A DNA stretch of 63,117 nt, counting the filler, from Stramenopiles sp. TOSAG23-6 (Eukaryota): assembly GCA_900128565.1 (NCBI GenBank). It is 7 parts of 7 records of this genome, joined end to end, with 100 filler letters (N's around TTAATTAATTAA, not from the genome) between each part and the next. Parts side by side here need not be neighbours in the genome. Positions count along the whole stretch, not along the records: positions 9,066 to 18,027 come from LT636404.1; positions 18,128 to 27,085 come from LT636405.1; 5 more parts are not named here. One strand, 5' to 3'. The notes under the pieces were generated by a model. It worked only from the letters and a program-made list of their open reading frames with translations, was not told where the DNA came from and made no database searches. The position numbers and the translations under genes are program-made. Shown here piece by piece: positions 12,249 through 24,775 of the stretch (its first letter is position 1; each line of letters opens with the position of its first letter).

Positions 12249-12705
12249 TGGATAAGGTGACTCTAATTCAGTCTATAAATGTATACTCTTATCTATATCA
12301 GGACTATATCACAATTCTATATAGTATAGAATCGATAAATGTCGTTTCAGTTTGAGTTCATATAAATTACTTTTTGATCCTGTGAAGTTTTTTTGACGTT
12401 GAAAAAAACGGCCAAGAACGTAACAGTATTCTTTCAACAAGAAAAAGAGCTAGAGATTTCGTGTTTTTTGTATCTGTATGAAATTATTATTATTTATTAT
12501 TTTATGGGGAGACGAATGAATGACGGTTTTGCTCTGTTGTTTTCTCTCATTTGTTGTTTTTGTTATGATATTGTGTTGATCAATAGATGTTTGATATTTT
12601 AAATAAGAATAAAAGAATGTATATATATAAACAAACCTAATTTTTTGATAGTGTTATACTGAGATTTATAAATAATCTTTTTTAAAAATTATTCTTTTTT
12701 TTTAT

Positions 12706-15270
12706 TTATTTTTTTTCCCATTTGCTTCTTGATTCTTCTCTTTTTAGAAATGTTTTACTCTGTTTCAGAAAATATCTATACAACCCAACCTTCCAAGATT
12801 CCACTAAAAGCAACATCATAGTCTGTTTTTGAATATCAGTAATATTTTCAGTTTGTTCAGCAAAATGTTTGGCAAATTTAGTTTTTAAATGTGTTTCATC
12901 ATTGTTAGAATCATGATTATTTTGTTTGATATATCTTTTAAAAATATGCCACTCATCTTTCCATTTTAAATATTGTCTAGTTTTTGATGATGATTTCGTG
13001 GATAGACCAAATGATTTTAATACTATATTTTGGAAAAATATTTTATAAAAAATCTAAAAAAAATTGTTAGGTACATTCTATGGGATATGTTTTGAAAAAA
13101 ATAAATTTCATAGTTAAAAAAAAATTAAAACATACATATATTCAAAACTCCTTTCCATTCTTTAAAACTACTCAATTGTTCACCAAGCCAAAATGCTTTG
13201 AACACTTCTTCTTGTATTTGTTTTTCCTTTAGAGGTAATACAAAATAAAAGTTTGTTTTTTTAACTCGATCTGAAATATGTATTTTGGAAAAATATTTCA
13301 AAAAAAATCTAAAAAAATTTGTTAGGTACAAATTTGAAAAAAAATAAAACATACATCCTTTTGATGTTTTTGATAATGGACGCCTCTCCATTGCTCATCA
13401 CTCAAATAAGAATCATCCTTATTGAGAATTGTATGACACGTATGTGATTCTTCATCTAAGGATTTTAACCATAGAATAATATTATTGAAATTTGGTTGAA
13501 ATTTCTGATATTTCTCTTTATCTGCAGAAACATTTTGAAATCTTTTTTCAATTTCTTCCATTATATATTCATCCATTTCTTTGTTTATTTTATCTAATAG
13601 TTCACTCCATTGTGTAAAAAATGAATCTTTTTCTTCTTCTTCTTTTATTTCGCCTGCGGATGAGGCCAAAGTCTCGATGTGTTTCTTAAATAAATCAGTT
13701 TGCTTTGTTGATAACTCAAGAAGAGTTTTTCCATCAGGCAATAAATTATTTTCTACTCTGGTACTAAGAAATTCACTAAATGTTTCAAGTGATACATGTA
13801 TTTTGGAAAAATATTTCAAAAAACATTTTTGTTTTTTTTGTTTTTTTTGTTTTGTTAGGTACAAAATTTACCATAAAAAAAAAATGTAATTAAAAAATTG
13901 AAAAAAAATAAAACATACATTATCTAAAGGATTCTGTTTACATTTATCAATTTGTTGTTTTCGTTTTAAATCGTAATGGTATTGAACATCTTGTTTAAAT
14001 AATATAACAGCAAGTTCATCTATTGGTTTTGAATAATCTATATCCATGTGAAAATCTTCAATTTTGTTTTTTTTTTGGTCTTCCTCAATACACCATTTGA
14101 CTACATTATTAATCAGTTGTTGTTCCTGAGACATTGGCATGTCAATCTTTTGCTCCTGAAATTTAAATAATTTTTTAACAAAGTTCATTTTTAGATATTC
14201 CAGCAACCATTTTTTAAAGTTGTTATAGGTGCATACATTGTGAAAAATATATATATATATATATTTAGGGTTAGAAAAGAACGATATTATTTTATTTATG
14301 TATACGATATTGTTGTAACAAAAAAACAAAAAAAATGGAAAAAAATGTTAGGTACAAAATTTCCTATGAAAAAAAAATAAAACGTACATGCCTGTTCTGG
14401 ATCGAATTCAATTGTATCAGATAAAGCAAAAGATTCATCTTGTATGTTTTGTAATTTTTGTAGACATTTTTCATCTGTATTTACATTTGCATCTACAACA
14501 ACATCATCTTCAAGATGATAATAATTAGAGTAACACTCTAGTTGACTAATAGCGGATTGTTCACTAATATCCTCTCCAAAACTAATACCTGTATAGGGTG
14601 GAAGTATCAATTTATTTGGATCATTTTTACTTGGTACCAATTTATCGAGTACAGTATCAAAATCCACATGCTCCCAATTTTCAGGCTGCTCTTTTTGTTC
14701 ATCTATTCTTGTTTGACATCCCATCGTCCACATACTGTGAAAAATATTTCAAAACAAAAATTTTCATAAAAAAAATGGAAATGGGTAAAACATATTTTGT
14801 TAGGTACAACATTTCGTACTAAAAAAAACAAAAAAAAATTGTGTGGAAAAAAACCGTACACGCTAAAAGTTCGTTACATTGAAAAGCCCATAAAAACCAA
14901 TCAAGTATTGGATGATTTTCATTACGCCAGTGTTTTATATGTTGATCTTTTACCCATTGTAACATTACTTCTTGAGCTTCTTTTTCACTAATTTTTTCGT
15001 CTTTTCTTTCAGGATTTTGAAAGAAGTTTTTTAAATCATTTTCTAATAGACCATATTCAGTTTTCTTTAATTTTACATATTGTTTTGCTGTAACAAACTG
15101 TACAAATTGAACCTCTAATTTTTCATAGTCACTAATTTTAGGTTTTTTTTCATTGAAGTTTGGTGGTTCTTGTTTTTCTGGTGGTTGAATAGGATTTATA
15201 TCACTGACATACCTCAACCATATATATTATAAAAAAATTATTCAAAAATAAAAATAAAGTTTGTTAGAAA

Positions 15271-15301
<31 letters not shown>

Positions 15302-17060
15302 GCCCAAAAAAAAAAAAAAAAAAAAAGTTTGTTAAAAAAAAAATTTTTTTTTTTTTTTTTTTTTTTTTGACCCAAAAAAAAAACAGAAAATAAATAAATA
15401 CAAAATTCATAATGAAAACATATACCCATTGTTCAAGAGCGTCAAATATTGTATCATTTTTACCAAAATTTTGATTTAATAAGATACAACCTAATGACCA
15501 TTTATATACTTCTCCTTCATTTGATCGAAAACAAATAGTTACCCATTTATGGATGATGAAAAAATATTTTTGAAAAAAAAAACTCGTTAGGTACAAAATT
15601 TCGTACGAAAACAAAACACTTATAATTTCACAATGAAAACGTACATACCATTCTGAAATTGTTTTCAATTCACTCTTAAATTCTTTCCATTCTGAAAATA
15701 TAAATTCTGCTTTTTCTTTTTTAACTTTATGTTTATACCATTTTATCATACTAAAACTACCTGCAAAATCTTGATAGGGTAAAGCTAACTGTTTTACACC
15801 TTTTTCACCTTTTTCACGTTTTTCGTATCTTTCTACCTCTAGCATCCAATGCCAATCTTTCAGTGTATGACTCTTCCTCATCTCTTCTTCTTTTAACCTT
15901 TTACGCTTTTGAAAAGTTTTAACCGTTTTTTGTATAGTTTTTGCTGCTCTAACAGCATCAACTCCAGGAGCAGCAGGAACATAATCAGCAGCAGCTGGAG
16001 TACCACCAACAACATCACCGTTATGTCCATCCTGATCTGATTCGTCATTCGGGCCATTCGGGACATTCACATTTGGGATTTCTTTGGCGCCCAAACTATC
16101 TGTAGTTACTCCCGAAGCAGCATCACCACTTGCCGCTGTTGCATTTCCTTCTACTGTCAGGACTGTCAGTTGTTTCCCTGCCCTTGGTGGTGTTTCTTCT
16201 TGCACCGGTGTTTCACCTGTGCCTCCTGTTGATTGTGCCCCATGTTTTACTTCCACAGAAGCTGCTGCTGCTGGTTTGATTCTTCTTTGCTTTCCACGAT
16301 AAGCTTGAAGTTTTGCTGCTGCTGCTGCTTCTTTTGCCACACGAGCTGCTTCTGCTTCTTCTTCTGCCGCACGAATGATTTTCATGCGTTCCCTGAATTC
16401 GTTTAAGTCAGCTATTTTATCATCAGAATCTGTAGAATCTGTTTCGTCAAGCAGATCATCTATTTCGCTAAGATCTGGTCCTATTTTTTGTGACGTTCTC
16501 TTTGCATCTTGTGCATTTGCATATGGTGCCGGATCTTGTAATGTTAGTCTGTCTTGTGCTCTTTTTATTTTTGCCCTTGCTTTTTCTTCTTCTGCTGCGG
16601 CTCGTGCTTCTGCTGCTGCTTGTGCTTCTGCTGCTTCTGCTGCTGCTTTTGCTTTCTGTAGTCGCATTTCGCGCATTTCGTTAACTGCTTGACGGCGACG
16701 TTGAGCAGACTGAATAGCTGTAGCAGCTGTGTTTGCTTCTGCTGCTGCTAGTTCTTCTGCTGCTGCTTGTGCTTCTGCTGCTGCTTTTGCAGCCAGCTGC
16801 CTTTTTACACTTCGATTAAATTTGTCTGCGTCCGTCTGGTCGGTTTTTCCACCGATAGGTGTAAGACCAGCGAAAGGGTCAGCGTCAACTGCTATTGCTT
16901 CTTCTGCATCTGCTGCTGATGTTGCTGCTGCAGTTCCAGGCCCTACAAGCCTCTCTTTTTTGTTTCCTTTGTTTTCTTCGTCTACGCCTTCCATAGCATG
17001 GACAACATATGTTGTGTTATAAAGTATAACCAAAAGAAAGAATACACATGTTGTTTTCAT
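12706..17060 (-). CDS. Large multi-exon secreted Ala/Glu-rich protein with IQ-like motifs; unknown function
   Basis: Signal peptide MKTTCVFFLLVILYNTTYVVHA. Long first exon, then several exons separated by family introns; one of these, 13023-13135, is GT...AG. Exon joins are only partly verified. Confidence 0.5.
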
Positions 17061-17527
17061 CGTTGAATACCTTTGTTGCTTTTGCGCTGTTTCTTGTCAA
17101 GTAATTAATACAGCAATCGTGATGAACGCTCCTCCTCGGCGGCAAGTGTGGCTCCTTGTGATATCAATAGATCGATCATCGATGATTGATCGAATTCATC
17201 TGAATTTGCGCACCAAAAAGCAATTTTTTGTACCAAAAATTTGTACGAAATTAATCGAAGATAACACAAACCTGCTCAGAAAGTTGAATTTTTCCAGAAA
17301 TTCAGATCTCGATTCTCGATATTATTCTCGATCAAAATCGTATCCACACCACCCCAAAAAAAAGACCAAAAGAGAGAATCTTTTTCATAAATTTGAGCAA
17401 TGTTACATTAAATAAGAAATCTCACACTTTACACCTAATTATTCATTATAGAGGAATCACACATTAATCATATATATGCAAATAATACGATAAGCGTAGA
17501 GTTTGAAACAAAGACGATTAAACAAAC

Positions 17528-18027
17528 ATGACTGAAAATAGGAATGGTACTATTCCCACGGCTGTTTCATTGTATACGTCCAGCACTCGTAAATATTTGA
17601 GTGATTCAAATCTAGATGAACTCTATTCACATAATCAAATGATTGAAGTTCTAAGAGCTAATCATAACAAAATAAAGATATGTTCCTTAAAACAAATGGA
17701 TAGTCTTTTACTCCTTGACCTTAGTCATAACATGTTGGGGGAAGAATTGAACCAAAATGAACACAGTGAACCAAAAACGTCAAAAGAACTTAGTGCGATA
17801 CTCGTTGATACCGAGCCTGAAGAGTTTGATCAGGTAGAACGTATACGAGATAATAATAATATATCCGTATTTATTGATGCATGTCGATTAAAAGTTCTAA
17901 ATCTATCATGTAATAAGTTAACTGGTGAGATTTCAAAGATTCTAAAAAACTGTCCTAGTTTAACATCTTTGGATATATCGGATAATAATTACAACTGGGA
18001 TAGATTTGAGGTGTCAATATCGGTGAA
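17528..18027 (+). CDS. Leucine-rich repeat protein (3' partial)
   Basis: LDLSHNML, LNLSCNKLTG and LDISDNNY LRR motifs. Truncated by the contig end. Confidence 0.75.
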
Positions 18028-18654
18028 NNNNNNNNNNNNNNNNNNNNNNNNNNNNNNNNNNNNNNNNNNNNTTAATTAATTAANNNNNNNNNNNNNNNNN
18101 NNNNNNNNNNNNNNNNNNNNNNNNNNNAGCAGCAGCAACACCGACACAAACAGCAACACCAGGTGGAGTTCTACAACAAGCATTGACAACTACTGTAGCA
18201 CAAGCAAATGAAGCACCAAAAACAGCAGCATCACAACCAATAACAACAACAACAACAACAGGTAATTTACAACAACCTTTGACAAGAATCGTATTATCGG
18301 ACGGTGCAGTGTGGTCCTGTCAAGGTCCTGCTTCCTTTCCCTGACCCAAGTTTGCACGTTTGCACAAGTTTGCAGCGAAATGAAAATATGGCAGTATTAT
18401 ATTCAAATAAGGAAAATAAAATTAATAGACTTTAGGTTAGGGTTAGCGTTTTTTTTTTTTTTTATTTTTTGTTTTGGCTTTGAATCCGTCGATCTGTCAA
18501 CTTTGTCGTCAACTCTGTCGTCAAAATTTTCAGGGCAAAACAAATCAAAACATTTCAATCTTCTTATACGAATCTTGAAATTTTCAATGAATAATTTATT
18601 ATGTACAAATATGCGTAACAAAAAAAAAGTTTTGAAACACAAGATTATTATTCA

Positions 18655-20004
18655 TTAGATAAAATTGCCATATTTTGCAATCACATGATTATCATCTCCA
18701 TAAATTATAGTACCATCAGTAGTTGCTTCAACTTTCACTACTCTTTTACCTTGTAATTCTTCAACAAGTTTTGGATACCATTGATCATGTTGCATCAATT
18801 GATCTTTTTCATCACCATGACCGAGTTGTCCAGCATCTCCACATCCCCACGTGTATACAGTACCATCTTCTAGTAATGCAACAGTGTGTTTATCACTAGA
18901 AGATATTTGCTTTACTTTTTTATCTCGAAATTTTCGAACAAATTCAGGCGTAGGAAAATCCATGCAATGGCCATGACCAAGTTTACCATTTCGTCCATTT
19001 CCCCACGTGTATACTTCACCATTATCAAGTAATGCAACAGTGTGTTCCCGACTAGTTGATATTTGTTTCAACTCTGCAACAAGTTCAGGTATTCCTTGCG
19101 TTCCTTGCACTTCTTTTCTATGTCCCCATTTGTATATAGCATTTTCGACTAATGCAAATACTGCACCACTGTCAACCAGTATCTGCTTTACTTTTTTATC
19201 TTGTAATGCTTCAACAAGTTTAGGAATGTTTTGAGTGTTAGTGTCAGCACCATGACCAAGTCGACCACTTTCGCAATATCCCCATGTGTATACTTGACCA
19301 TTTATCAAAGCTAGAAAAAGTCCATGCCCAATACCGTGGTGGCCATACGCACAGCCACCAGCTGTACAGCCACCACCACCATTGGCAGGAGGGCCGCCAT
19401 GTCCATGACCGTGACCGTGACCGTGGCCGTGGTGGACAAGGCCACGGCCACAACGGCCACAAGAACGAATTAACATACCAAGACCAAGTTCAGATGTATA
19501 TATGCCCTCTTCAATCTTATTCACATCGTCTCTGTCAAATATTGTAGTCGCTTCGTTTTCAACACGTGTGTACCATTGTTTTCCAGTCTCTCTGGTCTCT
19601 CCTTCTACTTCTTGTGAAGTAATTCTTGTACTTTGATTATCTGGAATTAATTGAAATGATTTCATCAGTTCTAATACGTCATTACATTGATGATGCATCC
19701 GGCGTGCAAATTCAACGTCACGTACCTCTTTCGTTGCTTTGGAAACAACAGCCAATGACTTTAAATCATGACTACTTAAAAAGTGACTTGTATCAGCACC
19801 ACGTAGAAAAGCGGTACTGATTGGATCATCAATTGTTGTTGCTGCTTCAATTTGAAATACGTATGAAGATACAAGTAACATTGTACATAGTATACACTGA
19901 ATCATTTTGATATGTTTGGTGTTTGCGCTTGAATATTTATTGCGCACGCGTGCGCACGAGTTCGCACGAGTTCGATGCGCTGACTTTGTTGACATCAGCT
20001 GCAT
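18655..20004 (-). CDS. RCC1-repeat protein (mirror copy of 23125-24474)
   Basis: Identical translation to the + strand copy. Confidence 0.6.
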   Translation of the reverse strand: MQLMSTKSAHRTRANSCARVRNKYSSANTKHIKMIQCILCTMLLVSSYVFQIEAATTIDDPISTAFLRGADTSHFLSSHDLKSLAVVSKATKEVRDVEFARRMHHQCNDVLELMKSFQLIPDNQSTRITSQEVEGETRETGKQWYTRVENEATTIFDRDDVNKIEEGIYTSELGLGMLIRSCGRCGRGLVHHGHGHGHGHGHGGPPANGGGGCTAGGCAYGHHGIGHGLFLALINGQVYTWGYCESGRLGHGADTNTQNIPKLVEALQDKKVKQILVDSGAVFALVENAIYKWGHRKEVQGTQGIPELVAELKQISTSREHTVALLDNGEVYTWGNGRNGKLGHGHCMDFPTPEFVRKFRDKKVKQISSSDKHTVALLEDGTVYTWGCGDAGQLGHGDEKDQLMQHDQWYPKLVEELQGKRVVKVEATTDGTIIYGDDNHVIAKYGNFI

Positions 20005-20185
20005 TGATTAGCTTCAAGCTTTGGTTTGGTTTGGTGGTGGGGCTACAAAAATATAATATAACAGTTTTGTTCCGGTCCGCGAATGCCAAATAAAAACCTC
20101 CTGTCGAAAACAGAAACACACCACAGAATCCGGTAATTTTTATTATCTTTCTTCTTCATGTCATCTTAATTTGAGAAAATTTCCA

Positions 20186-21069
20186 ATGTCCACCATAGTA
20201 GAAAGTAGTTTATTGCATGAATTAGATGTTGAAATACATAAGAAAAAAATAATCAATAAGTGGCTTATCGTAGCATTAGTGGCTTTGATATTATTCACTG
20301 ACTATACGTTGATGACTGCAATAGTTCCAATTGCCCCAATAATTCTGAAAAATCCGAAGGATATAGCTCTTTTATTCATCACCAAACCTCTTGCGCAAAT
20401 AGTTTGCAATCCATTTGTTGCATACGTAGTATATAGATATAACTGTCCTGCTCAGATACTTTTTGTTGCAACAGCCTTGCTTTGCTTTTCTGCGTCTGGC
20501 TGGTTTTTATGGAGCAGATATGACATCTTACTGTTTCTTAGAGGTGTGCATGGTTTGGCTAGCACCTCCATTATGACCTCTGGATTGACTTTAATAGCTC
20601 GTTCATTTACAAAGCATTCTAACCGAGGTATGGCTTTAGGTGTATCTAACATAGGTGTAGCACTAGGTGTTATGGCTGGTCCTACTATTGGAGGTTTTCT
20701 TTACTATCATTTTAATACTCGACTTCCTTTTGAAGCACTGGCTACACTCGCTGTTATTTTACTTGTTTCTCAAATGTTTATTTGGTACTATATGCGACCT
20801 CCTGATTCCATTGAGTCAGAATCAAGCATTGTCCAAGAAACAGAAANTAATCAAATTATTCTTGATTTAGATTGTGCCGATGAAGAGCAAATTAATAGTC
20901 TGTCTGATCCTTCATATCAACCAAAAATTTTATGTCGGTTGTTACAAAATTACCAAATTTTACTTGCATCATTTTTATTGTTCATTTGTAACTTTTATAT
21001 AGCAGCATTGGAGCCTATCGTACCTCTTTACTTGGTGAAGAATCCTTTCCATTTTAATACAGAAGAAAT
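20186..21069 (+). CDS. MFS transporter, SLC18/vesicular amine transporter-like (partial; mirror copy ~22060-22943 on -)
   Basis: FTDYTLMTAIVPIAP, LRGVHGLAS, RGMALG...GVMAGPTIGGFLY and ALEPIVPLY motifs. Interrupted by a family intron at 21070. Confidence 0.75.
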
Positions 21070-23124
21070 GTATGTTTTATTTTTTTTTGTTTTGTATGAA
21101 TTTTTTTTCGTACGTAATTTTGTACCTAACAAATTAATCCAAAAACAACAAAAATAGAAACACTGAATAGATCAAGTAAAAATTCTGAAAAACTATCTCA
21201 TTCAATTTTAAATAATATAACCAATAATATATTCGATAATAACGTACATGCAAATGTACAATCTACAAATGAAATAAATAGGAAAACAATTAACGATGTA
21301 AAATTTTCATCTAAAACAGGTGAAAAAGCGACATGTGAAAATTTTGTAAAGTATAAAATACGAAATGATGATAACCCTAACCCTATCATCCATGGCATTT
21401 TCACACCACCACCAATGTTTTACACGAGAAATGAAAATTCTTATGAAAACTGTAATAATGACACTGGGATTGATGAATGTATTACAGTTACCATTGATCA
21501 TAATTATGTGGATTCTTCAAATGTTACTGAGTGGGAAATGTATGTTTTATTTTTTTTCAAATTCGAATTTGAAAAAAAATAAAACATACATTTCCCACTC
21601 AGTAACATTTGAAGAATCCACATAATTATGATCAATGGTAACTGTAATACATTCATCAATCCCAGTGTCATTATTACAGTTTTCATAAGAATTTTCATTT
21701 CTCGTGTAAAACATTGGTGGTGGTGTGAAAATGCCATGGATGATAGGGTTAGGGTTATCATCATTTCGTATTTTATACTTTACAAAATTTTCACATGTCG
21801 CTTTTTCACCTGTTTTAGATGAAAATTTTACATCGTTAATTGTTTTCCTATTTATTTCATTTGTAGATTGTACATTTGCATGTACGTTATTATCGAATAT
21901 ATTATTGGTTATATTATTTAAAATTGAATGAGATAGTTTTTCAGAATTTTTACTTGATCTATTCAGTGTTTCTATTTTTGTTGTTTTTGGATTAATTTGT
22001 TAGGTACAAAATTACGTACGAAAAAAAATTCATACAAAACAAAAAAAAATAAAACATACATTTCTTCTGTATTAAAATGGAAAGGATTCTTCACCAAGTA
22101 AAGAGGTACGATAGGCTCCAATGCTGCTATATAAAAGTTACAAATGAACAATAAAAATGATGCAAGTAAAATTTGGTAATTTTGTAACAACCGACATAAA
22201 ATTTTTGGTTGATATGAAGGATCAGACAGACTATTAATTTGCTCTTCATCGGCACAATCTAAATCAAGAATAATTTGATTANTTTCTGTTTCTTGGACAA
22301 TGCTTGATTCTGACTCAATGGAATCAGGAGGTCGCATATAGTACCAAATAAACATTTGAGAAACAAGTAAAATAACAGCGAGTGTAGCCAGTGCTTCAAA
22401 AGGAAGTCGAGTATTAAAATGATAGTAAAGAAAACCTCCAATAGTAGGACCAGCCATAACACCTAGTGCTACACCTATGTTAGATACACCTAAAGCCATA
22501 CCTCGGTTAGAATGCTTTGTAAATGAACGAGCTATTAAAGTCAATCCAGAGGTCATAATGGAGGTGCTAGCCAAACCATGCACACCTCTAAGAAACAGTA
22601 AGATGTCATATCTGCTCCATAAAAACCAGCCAGACGCAGAAAAGCAAAGCAAGGCTGTTGCAACAAAAAGTATCTGAGCAGGACAGTTATATCTATATAC
22701 TACGTATGCAACAAATGGATTGCAAACTATTTGCGCAAGAGGTTTGGTGATGAATAAAAGAGCTATATCCTTCGGATTTTTCAGAATTATTGGGGCAATT
22801 GGAACTATTGCAGTCATCAACGTATAGTCAGTGAATAATATCAAAGCCACTAATGCTACGATAAGCCACTTATTGATTATTTTTTTCTTATGTATTTCAA
22901 CATCTAATTCATGCAATAAACTACTTTCTACTATGGTGGACATTGGAAATTTTCTCAAATTAAGATGACATGAAGAAGAAAGATAATAAAAATTACCGGA
23001 TTCTGTGGTGTGTTTCTGTTTTCGACAGGAGGTTTTTATTTGGCATTCGCGGACCGGAACAAAACTGTTATATTATATTTTTGTAGCCCCACCACCAAAC
23101 CAAACCAAAGCTTGAAGCTAATCA

Positions 23125-24474
23125 ATGCAGCTGATGTCAACAAAGTCAGCGCATCGAACTCGTGCGAACTCGTGCGCACGCGTGCGCAATAAATATTCAA
23201 GCGCAAACACCAAACATATCAAAATGATTCAGTGTATACTATGTACAATGTTACTTGTATCTTCATACGTATTTCAAATTGAAGCAGCAACAACAATTGA
23301 TGATCCAATCAGTACCGCTTTTCTACGTGGTGCTGATACAAGTCACTTTTTAAGTAGTCATGATTTAAAGTCATTGGCTGTTGTTTCCAAAGCAACGAAA
23401 GAGGTACGTGACGTTGAATTTGCACGCCGGATGCATCATCAATGTAATGACGTATTAGAACTGATGAAATCATTTCAATTAATTCCAGATAATCAAAGTA
23501 CAAGAATTACTTCACAAGAAGTAGAAGGAGAGACCAGAGAGACTGGAAAACAATGGTACACACGTGTTGAAAACGAAGCGACTACAATATTTGACAGAGA
23601 CGATGTGAATAAGATTGAAGAGGGCATATATACATCTGAACTTGGTCTTGGTATGTTAATTCGTTCTTGTGGCCGTTGTGGCCGTGGCCTTGTCCACCAC
23701 GGCCACGGTCACGGTCACGGTCATGGACATGGCGGCCCTCCTGCCAATGGTGGTGGTGGCTGTACAGCTGGTGGCTGTGCGTATGGCCACCACGGTATTG
23801 GGCATGGACTTTTTCTAGCTTTGATAAATGGTCAAGTATACACATGGGGATATTGCGAAAGTGGTCGACTTGGTCATGGTGCTGACACTAACACTCAAAA
23901 CATTCCTAAACTTGTTGAAGCATTACAAGATAAAAAAGTAAAGCAGATACTGGTTGACAGTGGTGCAGTATTTGCATTAGTCGAAAATGCTATATACAAA
24001 TGGGGACATAGAAAAGAAGTGCAAGGAACGCAAGGAATACCTGAACTTGTTGCAGAGTTGAAACAAATATCAACTAGTCGGGAACACACTGTTGCATTAC
24101 TTGATAATGGTGAAGTATACACGTGGGGAAATGGACGAAATGGTAAACTTGGTCATGGCCATTGCATGGATTTTCCTACGCCTGAATTTGTTCGAAAATT
24201 TCGAGATAAAAAAGTAAAGCAAATATCTTCTAGTGATAAACACACTGTTGCATTACTAGAAGATGGTACTGTATACACGTGGGGATGTGGAGATGCTGGA
24301 CAACTCGGTCATGGTGATGAAAAAGATCAATTGATGCAACATGATCAATGGTATCCAAAACTTGTTGAAGAATTACAAGGTAAAAGAGTAGTGAAAGTTG
24401 AAGCAACTACTGATGGTACTATAATTTATGGAGATGATAATCATGTGATTGCAAAATATGGCAATTTTATCTAA
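23125..24474 (+). CDS. Secreted RCC1-repeat protein with N-terminal F-box-like motif and His/Gly tract; intronless
   Basis: VYTWG...GxLGHG RCC1 repeats. Likely start MIQCILCTMLLVSSYVFQIEA (23224) is signal-peptide-like. F-box-like segment FLSSHDLKSLAVVSK. Confidence 0.8.
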   Translation: MQLMSTKSAHRTRANSCARVRNKYSSANTKHIKMIQCILCTMLLVSSYVFQIEAATTIDDPISTAFLRGADTSHFLSSHDLKSLAVVSKATKEVRDVEFARRMHHQCNDVLELMKSFQLIPDNQSTRITSQEVEGETRETGKQWYTRVENEATTIFDRDDVNKIEEGIYTSELGLGMLIRSCGRCGRGLVHHGHGHGHGHGHGGPPANGGGGCTAGGCAYGHHGIGHGLFLALINGQVYTWGYCESGRLGHGADTNTQNIPKLVEALQDKKVKQILVDSGAVFALVENAIYKWGHRKEVQGTQGIPELVAELKQISTSREHTVALLDNGEVYTWGNGRNGKLGHGHCMDFPTPEFVRKFRDKKVKQISSSDKHTVALLEDGTVYTWGCGDAGQLGHGDEKDQLMQHDQWYPKLVEELQGKRVVKVEATTDGTIIYGDDNHVIAKYGNFI

Positions 24475-24775
24475 TGAATAATAATCTTGTGTTTCAAAAC
24501 TTTTTTTTTGTTACGCATATTTGTACATAATAAATTATTCATTGAAAATTTCAAGATTCGTATAAGAAGATTGAAATGTTTTGATTTGTTTTGCCCTGAA
24601 AATTTTGACGACAGAGTTGACGACAAAGTTGACAGATCGACGGATTCAAAGCCAAAACAAAAAATGAAAAAAAAAAAAAAAAACCTAAAGTCTATTAATT
24701 TTATTTTCCTTATTTGAATATAATACTGCCATATTTTCATTTCGCTGCAAACTTGTGCAAACGTGCAAACTTGGG

